Source: Camelus ferus (taxonomy: Eukaryota). From it: 64,000 bases of DNA. The notes beneath the pieces are model-generated. The model saw only the letters and a list, made by a program, of their open reading frames with translations. It had not been told where the DNA came from and made no database searches. Both the position numbers and the translations under genes were made by a program. The stretch spans positions 34,350,001 to 34,414,000 of the forward strand of contig NC_045697.1 in NCBI RefSeq assembly GCF_009834535.1, read 5' to 3'. Shown here in pieces: positions 51,881 to 64,000 of the stretch (positions are counted from its first letter, which is position 1; each line of letters opens with the position of its first letter).

Positions 51881-53999
51881 TTACTGTCATCCCTAATACA
51901 CAAATCAGGAAACTAAAGCACAGAAATATAAGAGACTCGTCTAAAAATCAATGAGGTAGTGAATGTCACAGCCAGCATTCGAACCCAGGCAGACTGATTC
52001 AAGGACCATTAACTATTAACTCTCTCACACATGAGCACTTACTTGAGGAATGTATGTTCCAAAAGCGTAACTCAAGGTTAGTTCAAAACTTGATATGCAC
52101 TTTCCCAGTGGACCAACCACATACACAGGGGTTGGGTTCTCCCTTCACCCTATAAACTCCTAGTTAACCTTCAGAGAAATTTGCGGAAGGGGCTAAGGAA
52201 CACCAGGAAGGGGTACAGGCATTTCTCTTTCTCTTCCAGGTGAGACAGCCCACAATAAAACTACAAAACAAGCTAGGCTTGGCTTCAGCATTCTTCCTTC
52301 GCCTGACCTGGGTCCAGTGCCCTGATACCATCCTGACCGTCCGCCCTCCAGGACTGCACCTGGACTGCCACCTCCACCAGAGCATTACTTGCTCCTAAAC
52401 ATTTCCTCTCCTTCCGACCATCAAAACTACCTTCCCCAAGTGAGCTGATTGTAATTAGACTTTCAAAGAAGAAAAGGGACGAAAACACAGAGTAATATAT
52501 AATAATAGATGGACACTTAACCCTCCCCGAGGTTTTTTGCATCATTAGATGACTGCTTGCTGGAGCAAAGGAATCTCTAATTGATGAAATTTCAAGTTTC
52601 ATTTACAGAGGGAAAAATTCACCTGACATTGTCAGATGGGGAAGATCGCTGTGTCCCAAGGGATTCCCCGAAATTTCCTCACTCCTGAACCCACATATAT
52701 TTTAATCACTCCACATCTCTCTCAGAATCTTCGACAGTAAGAGCAACAAAGGGGGCCAGCAGACTGTTTTCATGTTCCAAAGCTGAGTCTTTAACCCAGA
52801 AGCTGACTTCTTGTCACTGACTCTTACCAGAGTCATTTTCTGCAGGAAAGCATTAAGTCTACCATCCTGAATCTTTCACATGGGCCCTCCTCCTCATCTA
52901 ATCTTGGGCCAACAGTTTGCTCACACCAAGACTCAGCTTCCTCATTTGAAAAGTGAGAGGTTTGGAAGAGCTGATTTTTTCATGATCCTTTTACCACTAA
53001 CATTCTGTAAATCAAAATTCATTCTTTAACACAATGCATCTCAGAGGAGCAGTGATAATCCCACCAGTTTTGCTACATTTCAAAAGGTAACAGACATTTT
53101 TTTTCACTCGAGATTTGCGCTGGGAATATATAGAGACATTAAAGTACCATTAGGCCTTCCATTCTAAAAATAGGGCCTAAGAAAAATGTCTAGAGTGTTT
53201 CCAAATAGCTCTCTTAAGAGGTGTAACCAACCGAGACCCATAGGCTTTAAATTGCTGGATGAGGACATGTGAAATGGTGACAGAGTATTAATAACTAGCA
53301 GCCCTTTCAGACACTGAGCAGAATGAGGAGCCATTTGTCCTTGCTTTGCGTGAAATTCAACTGCCTACAAGGGGTTGAAGTGTTTTGCTTTTCATCACAT
53401 GGAAAAGTGCGATGAGACAGACCACACTATTTTGGAATATAAGGGCCAATATCCAAGCAACAAGCAGACTGACCTCTGAAAATAGTGCTCCGCACAGGGG
53501 AGGAGTCGGATTTGGCTATCAGAATACTATTTTAGAAAAGGTGACTATTTTAAATTGATGTGTGGTGTGCACTTGGTGTTGTGCAAAAGTCCCTAAAACA
53601 TTTCAACCCAAGCTTAAGCAGAAAACTCTTACCTCACCTCTATAATTATTTGTTGAAACAAATACATACAAACAAATGTAAATAATTCTACTATATAGTG
53701 ATAGTGAGGATTTTAGGGGATTTTCTCTAGGAAAGCTATTCTAAACTTATCTACAAAAAAAGTATAGATTTTGCCTACACAATTTTAAGCAAATTTATCT
53801 ACTAATTTTTAAATTTACCAAAAAAAAAGGATTTTTTATTGTACCCTTTGACCAATATCTCCCTGCTACCACCTCTAAATTTATAGATTTCATCTGCAAA
53901 AAAAGTTCTGATAAAGACATAGAGTTAAAATGACTGAACAAGCTATAGCCACACAGTAGCTTTTATAATAGCTAATGGATTTTTAGGTTTTATAACTCA

Positions 54000-54400
54000 C
54001 TTTTTTCTAACTTTTTATTTTTATTTTTGTGGTACAGGTGATGTATAATATTATACAAGTTACAGGTGTACGATACAGTGATTCACAATTTTTAAAGGTT
54101 ATACTCCACTTATACTCCCCATGTTGTACAATATATCCTTGCAGCTAATTTTACCTAATATCTAACTTCTTACTTTAAACTACATTTAGAGACTTACAGA
54201 AAAGTTATAAAAGTAGTACAGAAAGTTTCCATATAGCCTTTATCTGGGCTCCCCTAAAGCAAATTCTCATGTAACTACGGTATAATTATCAGAACCAGGA
54301 AACTGACACTAGTATAATATCTGTAACTAAAGGAAGGACCGTATCCAAATATTACCAAGATCTCCATTCAGGATCTCACATTGCATTTAGTTGTCACTTT
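54000..54400 (-). mobile_element. Two L1 3'-end fragments
   Basis: tacaagttacaggtgtacgatacagtgattcacaatttttaaaggttatactcc, and tttagagacttacagaaaagttataaaagtagtacagaaagtttccatat. Confidence 0.8.
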
Positions 54401-54489
54401 CTATTTCTGGCAAATAACTAACCTTTCAGCAGATCTGAAAAGGTCAGGATTTAAAACTATTTTCCACGGGGAAAGAAAAAGGGTCTTTT

Positions 54490-55009
54490 TGATAAGCAGA
54501 CTTTAACAAGGCCCTGAATGACCCCCAATCCTGCTATTCATGCCATGTGTAGTCCCCTCCCCTTGAGTGTGAGCTGGCCTAGTGACTTGCTTACAACCAA
54601 CAGAAGGTAATGGGATGTGACTTCTATCATTAGGGTACATAAGTGTGACTTCTCTCTTGCTAGCAGACTACTCTCCCTTTGCTATAATAGGTAGGCCTAC
54701 ATGGCAAGGACCTGAGGGTGGCCTTTGGCCAACAGACACCTAGGAACTGAGGCTCTCAGTCCTTAAGAACTAAAATTCTTCCAACATTTACATGAGCCTG
54801 GAATTGTATCCTTCCCTAGGCAAGCCTTCAGATATGACCCCAGCCCTGGTCAACACCATGACTTTGCCCACATAACAGACCCTGAAACAGAAGACCCAGG
54901 TAAGGCACTCTCAGATTCCAGATCCATAGAAACTGAGATAACAGATGCGTGTTATTTTAAGCTGCTAAATCTGGGATAATTTGTTATGCAGCAATAGGTA
55001 ACTAACACA
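54490..55009 (+). mobile_element. MaLR LTR (MLT1E/F-like)
   Basis: tcccctccccttgagtgtgagctggcctagtgacttgct...ttttaagctgctaaatctgggataatttgttatgcagcaataggtaactaacaca. Confidence 0.9.
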
Positions 55010-55744
55010 CTTTTCTTTGATACAACACTTGGTAAGTGGCATGCTACTAAGTAAGATGTATTATTCATTGATAAGAATCACATACTCTTTTTTTTTTTTT
55101 TAATTTCTAAATTTGTCTTTGTTAGGCTGAGCTGTCAGTAGACAGTACTCACAAAGTCATAGTCACAGGCAGCTCCCAGAGCTGCAGACCTTAGTCATGA
55201 AAAGAATGTTAACACTGGAAGGGTCTTGCAAGACAATTTACTCCTATTTCCTTCCTTTGCATTGAGAGGAAACTGAAGCCTAAAAACATCTCATAGCCAG
55301 ATACTATGACTACAGTCCAGTGCTCCAAAATGTCTCACCTAGCTGACTTCTGCTCACAAACATAAGCCACAGATAACACAGAAGCATAAATCCACAAATC
55401 ACACAAGAGCATGAAATCATTACCACTGCTGGAAAACACAAAAAACAACAGACAGCTTGTCCTCTCTGTGATGGACCAACAGCATCAGCTTCCTACATCA
55501 GCACTTCCTGGTGATCAAGAGACCTCATAAGAGGTATGGCTTTGATGGGGTATGAGAGAGGGAGGAAAGAGATTTCTTTGGTTTCCAGTTTCATAGACAT
55601 GGGGATAGAAAAGTGTGCTAGTGAACATTTGTGTCATTGTCTTCCATCAGAAGAGCAATAATGGGAGACGGCAAGGTATTTTTTGGTCACATTGGTCTGA
55701 AACTCTTTAACAACCAGGACTTTGTCTTATTTTTCACTGGGAAT

Positions 55745-56190
55745 AACCATGGTTCCAGTAGGAAAGAAATGACTGGCTGAAGTAGGATCACTGCAGAGCG
55801 TTTAATGGAAAAGCCACTTACAAAGGTGCTGGCAAGGTTTAAAAAAATGAACAAGGGATAGTGTAGCATGCGTGGAGGGACAGACTGCTGTTAGCAGCCC
55901 AGACTTAAGGGACAAGGGAAAGAAGCAGCTTTTGGAACTTGGAGACAGCTGTATGCAGAAGGCTGCCTGATAGGACCCAGAGGCTCTCACAGTGGGACAC
56001 AGGCCACCAGGATCATCTGGCAAAGAAGAAAAGAGGGAACGACTACCCAGCCTGACTGTCTTCCCACACTCTGATGTCCTCTTGGTGGCTCCCACTAGCT
56101 GAGCCCCATTGGAAGCTAGAAAGTAGCCATTGTTGAAACCAATCTGTTGGGAAGAATGAGGTGGAGGAAGGTGGGAAGTCGTTCAGATGT
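55745..56190 (-). mobile_element. Old ERVL LTR (LTR33/LTR41-like)
   Basis: tttaatggaaaagccacttacaaaggtgctggcaagg...cccactagctgagccccattggaagctaga. Confidence 0.55.
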
Positions 56191-56249
56191 AAGGGAGAAA
56201 GAGCCAGCACAGGGCTACATTCATCGTGCCAAGTGGGAGCTCAACAAAC

Positions 56250-56430
56250 ACATGTCAGGAGACAAAACTCAGTGCTGGGCGTGTAGATTGTTAAACCATC
56301 ACCAGCTTGAAATCTGGCAGCACTGTTTACACCACAGAAATCAGCGAGTGCTATAAATCATAGTTTTGTTTTGTTTTCTTTTCTTTTGTTTTGCAGACAG
56401 CCAATTTAGCAGTTTACCAGTATACCACTG
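56250..56430 (+). mobile_element. MER63A-like hAT DNA transposon
   Basis: gattgttaaacc..agcttgaaatc..tttacaccacagaaatc...tttaccagtataccactgg. Confidence 0.7.
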
Positions 56431-56599
56431 GATGAAAGTACAAAACCATGTCATCTTCTCCAGACAGAAAGCTGTTTTTAATCTCCACTGAAAGGAAGCT
56501 CACTGCGTTGCACTTCTTGAACCAGATTAGGACATTACATCAATATTAACTCATTATCTCCCACCTCCTCCACCACAACCCCCAGTCCTCCTTTGAGAT

Positions 56600-57165
56600 A
56601 CACGATCTTCTTGGGATCTCCTTGGTGTTAACACCATCTACCCAAGGCCCCCAGCCCAAAAACTTTTGCTTCACCCTCAACCTCACCATTCACATGCAAT
56701 TAATTACTGAACACTAATTGTACTTCCTAAAACTTCCTCAAATCCATTTGTTCTTCCCCCGCCCATTTAACACTGTAGTAAAATTTAACTGGTTGTAGTT
56801 CCCCTAATATATGATAGATTTAGGCTGTTCTTTTACCTGAAATGCTCTTTTTTTTCACCTTGTCCACATGGCAAACCTCTATTTCTCCTCCAAAACCCAA
56901 TTCAGGTGTTACTTCCTGCCTGGGAGCAGCCGTCACTAATATTGCTAAAAGGAAGGGGCCCCTCCTCCTTCTCTCTGGTTCCCGCTTATCTTGTAAACAG
57001 ATCATATGGTCCAGCAATGTAATTGTTTTCATGTCTGGTCCCCCGCTATGCTGAGTACCTAGAAGGCAGAGCTATGTTTTATTCATCTCTGCATCCCCAA
57101 CATCAAAATATGAGCCTGGCGCATTGTAGGTGCCAATAAGTGTTTGCTAAAGGAATAAATAAATT
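56600..57165 (+). mobile_element. L2 3' portion
   Basis: cctgaaatgctctt...gaaggcagagctatgttttattcatctctgcatcccc...gcctggcgcattgtaggtgccaataagtgtttgctaaaggaataaat. Confidence 0.8.
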
Positions 57166-59157
57166 GATAACTTTCCTAACATCCTTGTTGAATAAACTGA
57201 TGTCAGAAGCTGTACGGTAGTTCCCAAGCTCTACATGTGCCTGGCAAGACCCTCCACCCCTCCCTTATGTCCACTCCCCAACATGCTCATCCTGGCTGAA
57301 AGTGTCTGCTTACAGGACTGATTTCATCATGCACTCTTTCCCATTTACATCACAGGACACTCAGGATGTCCCCATCTCCCTCCTTTCCTGGATTCCCATA
57401 TCTTCTAGGATCAAATGGAATCTTCACAGTGGGCTTTTCCTGAACAACACTTTGCTTAAAATTGCCCTTCTTGCCACCATGTCCCTACTCTCCCAAAGTT
57501 CTCCACTTTTTTGTTAAATTTTTTACACTGCACTTACCTCCATTATTTAAAGTATTTTTGACCTATTTATTTGCTCATTGCCTATGGCCTGCTTGGAACA
57601 AAGCTGTGAAAAGCAAAGTTGGGAGCAGAACCATCACTACGTAACTCCCAACTTAATAGTTTGTGCAGGAGCTCACCCCATCCCTGCTCATGTGATCCCC
57701 TCCCAATCAGGCCAGCAAATTCTACACTGTTCAATTTTGAAATAATTTCCATTGTAGAGGAAAATGTCAGTAAAATTGCTATTGATGGAAACTCCATAGA
57801 TCAAGTGTCTTGCTTATATGCCAATACAAGGAGGTCATCCTTAAGAAGGCGCAGTCTGAAGAAATACCAAGAGATAAACACAGCTTGAATTAAGATGACT
57901 GTGCATAATATGAAACCACACAACCACCCCGAAAGAGAATATAAAGTTCCATCCCCTTCTCCCCAGCATGCTCCTGATGCTCATCAATACTTGGCATGCT
58001 CATCAGGGCCCAGGGGAGAGAGGATTAACAAATCACAAAAGAAATCTGCAATCGCCAAGTTATTTTTTGCAGCTGTTTTGATTTTGCACATCATAAAATG
58101 ATGCTTTAAATATGGATCTTTGAAATGAATTGAATCACTGGCATTAAATCTAAATTCTAGTCACATCCACACAATACCCATGAGTTATTGAGGAGAAAAG
58201 TAAACAAACTACTCCACTGAGCTTGATGAAGTATGTGTGCTGGAGATGCCGTCAGTGATTTGACAAGGCATTCTCTGAGAGATCTGAGCTCCTGTGGCCT
58301 GATTCTCCAGCTGTACATCTTTGTAAAATAAAAGTAATATGAGTTATCTGACTGTGTATTATCCATACTTTGAGCCATTCTGGCATGCAATATGGAACCT
58401 TACTTATCATTTGATATTTTATGTATAATGCCAAAAAGCAGACTAGATCCCCCATGTTGCCTGAGGTTGACAAGGGAGCCATGATACAGCTGATCCCCTA
58501 AACCGCCAGGTTGTTAGGAAGGGTGTAGCTAAAAAGACTACTGTTTCCACGTTAGCAGATAAAATCAGGAAAGTAAGTGGCAACTGACTCTCTGAATATT
58601 TAGTTGGTGGTAGCAACAAAGCCTATCTTTTTAAACTATTGACCTACAAAAACTTTTTTTAATTATGAAAAAATTTCAATTCCGTAATATTTCCATTTAT
58701 TTCCAAATGTGATACTGTTAGAGTTCTTGGGACAGAGATAAAATCTTTGATAAATAAATTAGCAATATGTAATTATTCTCCATTTAGAAAAAAAGTGATA
58801 AGCTTATGTTGACTTTATATAATTCTTCAAAAAATTGTTTTAAATCAAGTATTTTTCAATTAGCTTTTAAGATTATTTCAGGGTTGCATTTACATAGGAG
58901 AGTGGCACCTGCTGTCTTATGAAATACCATATTTAAGAACAAGGTAAGCCTTGTTCTTAAAATCACATTATAAGCTGACAGATCTGTTACTATTTTACTA
59001 AAAGATCATCAGTAAATTTCAGCTCAAAAAGGATGCAGTGATAAAGGGATGTGGAAGAGTAGAAATTGTGAGTATAAATTGGATGGTGGTGAAGAGGCTT
59101 TATAATTCTGGCATAGCAAATATTTTTAAACAATTATTCAAATGTCAACTTTGGTGC

Positions 59158-59634
59158 TGTGAAGGAAAAATATGCAAACCATATCAGTAAACAAAGAATG
59201 TTGAAACCATCAAGTCTTCAGTGACTGCCGCCACCATCCAGTGAAGACAAGCCTACAGCCCAGCCTCTGCAGCCACTCACAGTGGTGCCCTCTGAGCGGA
59301 CTCAGAATAAGAAAGGACAGGATACCGGCCCTAGATAGCTAGGTGCTTGTCAAAGGAATGAATTCAGTGGGCCCAAATGTTTGCTTCCTCCCATACATAG
59401 AAAAGCAATAAATTCTTTAACTTGAGATGCCTGGTTTTCTTTAATTAACAAGTAATCTTTTAATGTTCCAACTACCTGGTCTTTGTTGTAAAGCTCCTAT
59501 ATATCCTAGCTCCTCCCCTACCTCTTCGGAGCAGTCCCTCAGAGCGATCTGAGAGGCCGTCATCCCTGCTCGGTCCTCCCGCCAAATAAAACATAACTCT
59601 CAACTTTTAGGTTGCGCATTTACTTCAGTCAACA
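59158..59634 (+). mobile_element. Solo ERV1-class LTR (477 bp), same family as 37432-37905
   Basis: TGT...ACA ends. TATATA near 59498 and AATAAA near 59585. Flanks gtgc / gcgt form at best a degenerate TSD. Confidence 0.9.
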
Positions 59635-61429
59635 GCGTATCTTGATTGTTCACCTAGAGGCCACCTCAGTCACCTGGCCGTCTTCAGTAATGTAATGGAG
59701 TTGGATCAGGAAAACCATGTCATCTGTGTATTTGAAATGACCGACAGGAAACTTTTATTGTAACTTTAAATAATGGAAACTAGAGTTTGGGCTCATTTTT
59801 TCTCAGGAATTCTGCTTCTAAAAGGAAGCCTAGGACATTTATAAGAAATAAACAAACTGTGCCTTCCAAAAAAGAAACTTTAAATCTCTCTTGTTTCTGT
59901 TAACATTTTTTTTTCTTCCTCCCTAATGGCTGAAACAAAGATATGCCTAGAACTTTTATTTACCTACCAAGATTTTAGCAAAACCAAAAGCTTAAAAGAT
60001 GAACAGAAGGTGAACAGAAGACAGCCACACAGAGGAATTCCAAGCTTGATTTTAGAAGCAGGACCCAGAATCCAATGTGAAAAGCAGGACGAAGCAGCAC
60101 AGGTCTTAACGCTGGGAGTCAAAAGGTCTGTATTCTACCATGAACTGTTCACCTCTGAGCAAGAGCCAGTCCACCCAAGACATGCAGGTGTTCCCAGCAG
60201 ACAATTTAACACCTCCCCAAGGTGATACACTGCAAACATTTGTTCAACGTTTATTTAGGTAAGAACCTGACAGTTGCAATGGAAAGAGGGCTTTGGCTGG
60301 CAGGGTCCCAATCTGCAAGCCCCACTTTGAAAAGCAGAAGCCCTGCAGGTAAGTCAGCCCACACTTTGTGAAGGCAGGTAGGTGACCATCTGCTGCTACT
60401 GAATCCATGGGGTGTGAACACAACCCCCACAAGGCCCCCAATTCTCATTATTCCCAAAGCAAACATAAAAGTGTCCCTGAGAAAAGTTACGGTAAATTTA
60501 AATTTCTTCATCTTTTTCTTCCTAAGTTTTTAGAGCTCCTTTAATTAGTGCCACAGGCCACCAAGGAACCTGCCCCTTAATCCACAGGGAACTAATGGGC
60601 CCTAAGATGTTGGATTCTTTGCCACAGTGTCCCCAGTGGTTTCTCATCAGTTGGTTTAAATACTTCTAATGGTAACTCACCATTTCCTGAGACATGTCCA
60701 CACAGACACAACTTTATCAATAAAGTTCTTACTTAAGTCTGAATTTGTTTCTCTATGACTTTCAATTACTGGATCTGTGTTTTTCCTTATGGAAAAATAC
60801 AGAAAAAGTGTGTTCCCTCTTCCAGGCCATGGACCAGGGACATTTGAGGATGGCTAGGGTACACCCTTAGGGCCTCACACCTCCAGGTCCCCCAACTACT
60901 CATCACATGAACAGATTCTGAATCACTATCCTAATCATTTTTCTCTAGACATTTTTATCATGGTTTGGTATATAATGGCTCTGTATAAAATCTGAACTCT
61001 AAGATTTTCAACTAGAGTAGACCAAAAGTCTTTTTAACAGGTGAATATGAGTCAATATTAAAAAGAAAGCACAGAGCCACCAAATCAATCCTCAGGAACA
61101 CTCAAGTATTTCCTCATCTATCAGGTCTAGGATTTTGACAGCAATGAAGAAGAGCAAGTTTATGTGTTTTAGCTGGTTTCTCTGCCAACCGAAGCTCACT
61201 CAGAAGAAAGCTAAATCAACTCTGGGAATATCATCCAACTCAATTTCAAATTATAATTCACTTAATTTACATACAGAATTTGATTTATGCATGAATTTTC
61301 AATAATATTATCAATTAAAGCAAGCAATGCACAACTACTGTCAACATATTATGAACTCCCTTTAACCTAGACATTTAGGAGAGCTCCCTAATTGAAGAAT
61401 TTATTTCAACTGGAATGACCAATGGATCC

Positions 61430-61870
61430 ATTCATTCCAACAAATATTTACTGAGCACCTGCTATGTGTTGGGCACTGCTGTGAGCATCGGGTGTATAAC
61501 CATGAACAAAGTCAGTAAGCTCCCTGCCACTGTGCAGCTAAGACAGACAACATGCAGACAAGCAAAAAGAGCAAAAGCCAGGTTGTAGTGAAAAACAGAA
61601 GCACTGAAGGTGATCAAAAGAAGATTTCTCTGCAGAGCTGTCTCTTGAGCAGACGGCATAGTTCAAGGGGCTAGATCAATTCAGACAAAGGGAACAGCAC
61701 GTGCAAAGGAAGTTGGGAATAGGTTGGTATTTTTGAGAAAGGTCAGTGCAGTCGTGGCAGGGTTGATGACCCCAGAGAAGCAGGGAATGCTTCAAAAGCC
61801 TTGGCAAGAAGTTCAGTCTGTTATCTAAGTCTAATGGAAAGCCAGGGAATGACATCATCTAATCTGTGTT
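61430..61870 (-). mobile_element. L2 3' end
   Basis: cattcattccaacaaatatttactgagcacctgctatgtgttgggcactg. Confidence 0.85.
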
Positions 61871-61871
61871 T

Positions 61872-62145
61872 TTATTTTTCATTTTTTTCCCTTACAGTTT
61901 TATTTAAATATAATTGACATATAACACTGTATAAGTTTTACCACAATAGGTTTATCCAACATCCCTCATCATATAAGATAGAGACAAAATTAAAGGATTA
62001 CCACAATAGGTTTATCCAACATCCCTCATCATATAAGATAGAGACAAAATTAAAGAAAAAGAAAAAACGTATTTTTCCTTGTGATGAGAACTCTTAGGAT
62101 ATACTCTCTTAACAACTTTCATATGTAGCATACAACAGCACTAAC
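61872..62145 (-). mobile_element. L1 3'-end fragment containing a perfect 58-bp duplication
   Basis: cagttttatttaaatataattgacatataacactgtataagttt...ttccttgtgatgagaactcttaggatatactctcttaacaactttca. Confidence 0.85.
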
Positions 62146-62339
62146 TTTTTAAATCATCTCTTTGGCAGCTAAGTGGAAATGGATTAGAAGATGCAAAGAA
62201 TGAGAAAGATATATAAATCCTGCATCTCTGAAAGAGGTGATAAAGTTTACACCCTCCCAGAAACTCATACCCCATCTTTGACTACCATATCAATAATGGT
62301 ACTATTTACATTTAATAATAATAAATTCCTTATTATTTA

Positions 62340-62600
62340 ATAATAATACTATTTATGTAGAAGTTACTATGTGCCAGAGAGTGTAGATCATGTAGGAGCA
62401 CTTTATATAAGTCATTCTGTTTAATACACACACATAAACCCTATGAAGTGAGTATTATCACTTTCATTAAACAGTGAGGAAACTGAAAGTCAGAAAGGCT
62501 AACTGAAGTGCCCGAGGTCTTATACCTGGCAACTGGCAGAGCTGCAGTTTGAATCAGGTTTCATCTGCCCCAAACTTTCAAAAGCATTCTCTGTACTTGC
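62340..62600 (-). mobile_element. MIR SINE
   Basis: aaccctatgaagtgagtattatcactttcattaaacagtgaggaaactgaaagtcagaaaggctaactgaagtgcccgaggtc. Confidence 0.88.
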
Positions 62601-62998
62601 CAGATTAAATTCTCTAATCTCCAGCAGTCATACTTCTTTGGGAAAAATTAGCATGTTTTTGAAGATGCTTATTTGAGGAAACTCACCTGAGCCCTTCCAC
62701 AATCCTATAGGGATTGAATACCTGACAGAAAACCGTCCTGTAGTCCCCAAATTTGAGAAATAATCTTCAACATTTGGCTAGTTAAAGATTTTTTTTCAGA
62801 TAAGTTATTTATTTTCTTGACTAAAATGTGGATAACAGAACCTGACACATCCCATATTTTTTGGATGAGTTCAATTAGGTCTGGTATGAAAAATATTGGC
62901 CCCAAAATAGACATATTAGTTAAACTTTGATTGGGAAACAATGATCCACGTATTGTGCTAAATGTTTTATATGAGCTACCTGAATCAAAAAAATAAAA

Positions 62999-63104
62999 AA
63001 AATATGGAACACTTCACAAATATGCATGTCATCTTTTCACAGGGATCATGTTAATCTTTGATGTATGGTTCCAAATTAGTATACTTTAGTGCCAAAGCAA
63101 GCAC
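62999..63104 (-). pseudogene. Full-length decayed U6 snRNA retrocopy inserted in a MIR
   Basis: The minus strand gtgcttgctttggcactaaagtatactaatttggaaccatacatcaaagattaacatgatccctgtgaaaagatgacatgcatatttgtgaagtgttccatatttt is colinear with U6 (GTGCTCGCTTCGGCAGCAC...GTGAAGCGTTCCATATTTT). CpGs have decayed and the ACAGAGA box is mutated to ACATCAA. Confidence 0.92.
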
Positions 63105-63799
63105 AAGATAAGAATTTTTATTTCATTTCCACAGATATTAAGAATTCTGCTAAGGACCTAGTGGCAAATCGACACTCCAGAGTAAAAGAAAAGGTAGCAA
63201 ACATGTCTTTTTTTTAATATTAAAGACTTACTTCATGAGCAAAATTTCTCTGCAAAGTATTAAGAGGATGTGAGTGGGGTGATGACAATCAGCAGGAGTT
63301 CCTGGGTGTCTTTTAGCAGCAAAGCCAAGGCTGGACCTTTCAGGCCAGTGAACCCCACTTCTGCTTCCATGAGGTTATTATAGGCTGATTATTGCAGCCA
63401 GGAGGGAAAGGGTGATAGCGACATAGGAAAGGCATGGAGCTGTGATACTGCTTCCTCCTCCAAACACAGAGACTTTAAGTACATCAAAAAGTCATCCAGA
63501 AACCACTGTGATTCTCCTGGCCCAGGAAATGCTCTTTTCTCTCTACCTACTTGTCATTATTTTTAAGCTATTCTTCCTAACCCACATATTTTAGGGCTAC
63601 CTCAACTGTTTCTCAGCTCAATCTCTGTATTTTGAGATATATGTCACTGAATCCATATAAATTATACTTCACTTTAATTACCTTGTGTTATAGTCCATGA
63701 TACACACACTTATCTATTTTTTAAAAATTGATGCTATTAATGAAGCTGTTTACTTAAACTGCTAAGGGTTATTGTTGTACAATATAGTTGAGTATAGAT

Positions 63800-63975
63800 C
63801 TATTTTTTAATTGAAGTATAGCTGATTTGCAATGTTGTGTTAGTTTCTGGTGTCTAGCATGGTGATTCAGTTAGGCATTTTATATTTTTTGTCATATTCT
63901 TTTTCATTATAGGTTATTACAAAATATTGGATATGGTTCCCTGTGCTATACAGTGGGACCCTGTTGTTTTAGATC
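63800..63975 (-). mobile_element. L1 3'-end fragment
   Basis: ttttttaattgaagtatagctgatttgcaatgttgtgttagtttctggtgt...ttccctgtgctatacagtgggaccctgttgttt. Confidence 0.88.
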
Positions 63976-64000
63976 TTTTTAAATTAAATTCTAAATGTTA

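Noticed and set aside
1..64000. Neighbouring CORIN exons (LDLRA2 downstream, Fz1 N-half upstream), CRISPR arrays, prokaryote-type systems
   Set aside because: I found no matching exon sequence by eye, so those exons probably lie outside the window. The DNA is mammalian intron with no repeat-spacer array or operon structure.

Overview
Mammalian genomic DNA, almost certainly camelid, judged from a tRNA-Ala-derived Vic-1-type SINE. The whole window lies inside the CORIN gene (pro-ANP convertase, a type II transmembrane serine protease) on the minus strand. Only two coding exons are present. One is a 182-bp exon at 49502-49683 encoding the C-terminal half of frizzled domain 1 (human exon 5 equivalent). 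The other is a 114-bp exon at 8225-8338 encoding LDL-receptor class A repeat 1 (exon 6 equivalent). A 41,163-bp intron joins them in frame. The rest is intronic and repeat-rich: L1, L2, MIR, MaLR/ERVL/ERV1 solo LTRs, hAT DNA transposons, microsatellites and a decayed U6 retrocopy. Repeat family names and exon numbers come from recalled consensus sequences, not from a database search, and the ends of old repeats are approximate. I see no convincing new protein-coding system. The best leads are regulatory or structural: an inverted pair of same-family LTRs bracketing the frizzled exon, a MER41-like LTR retaining a STAT (GAS) site, a G-quadruplex/G-triplet array beside the weak LDLRA1 splice donor, a cardiac transcription-factor motif cluster, and a perfect templated duplication inside an older L1.
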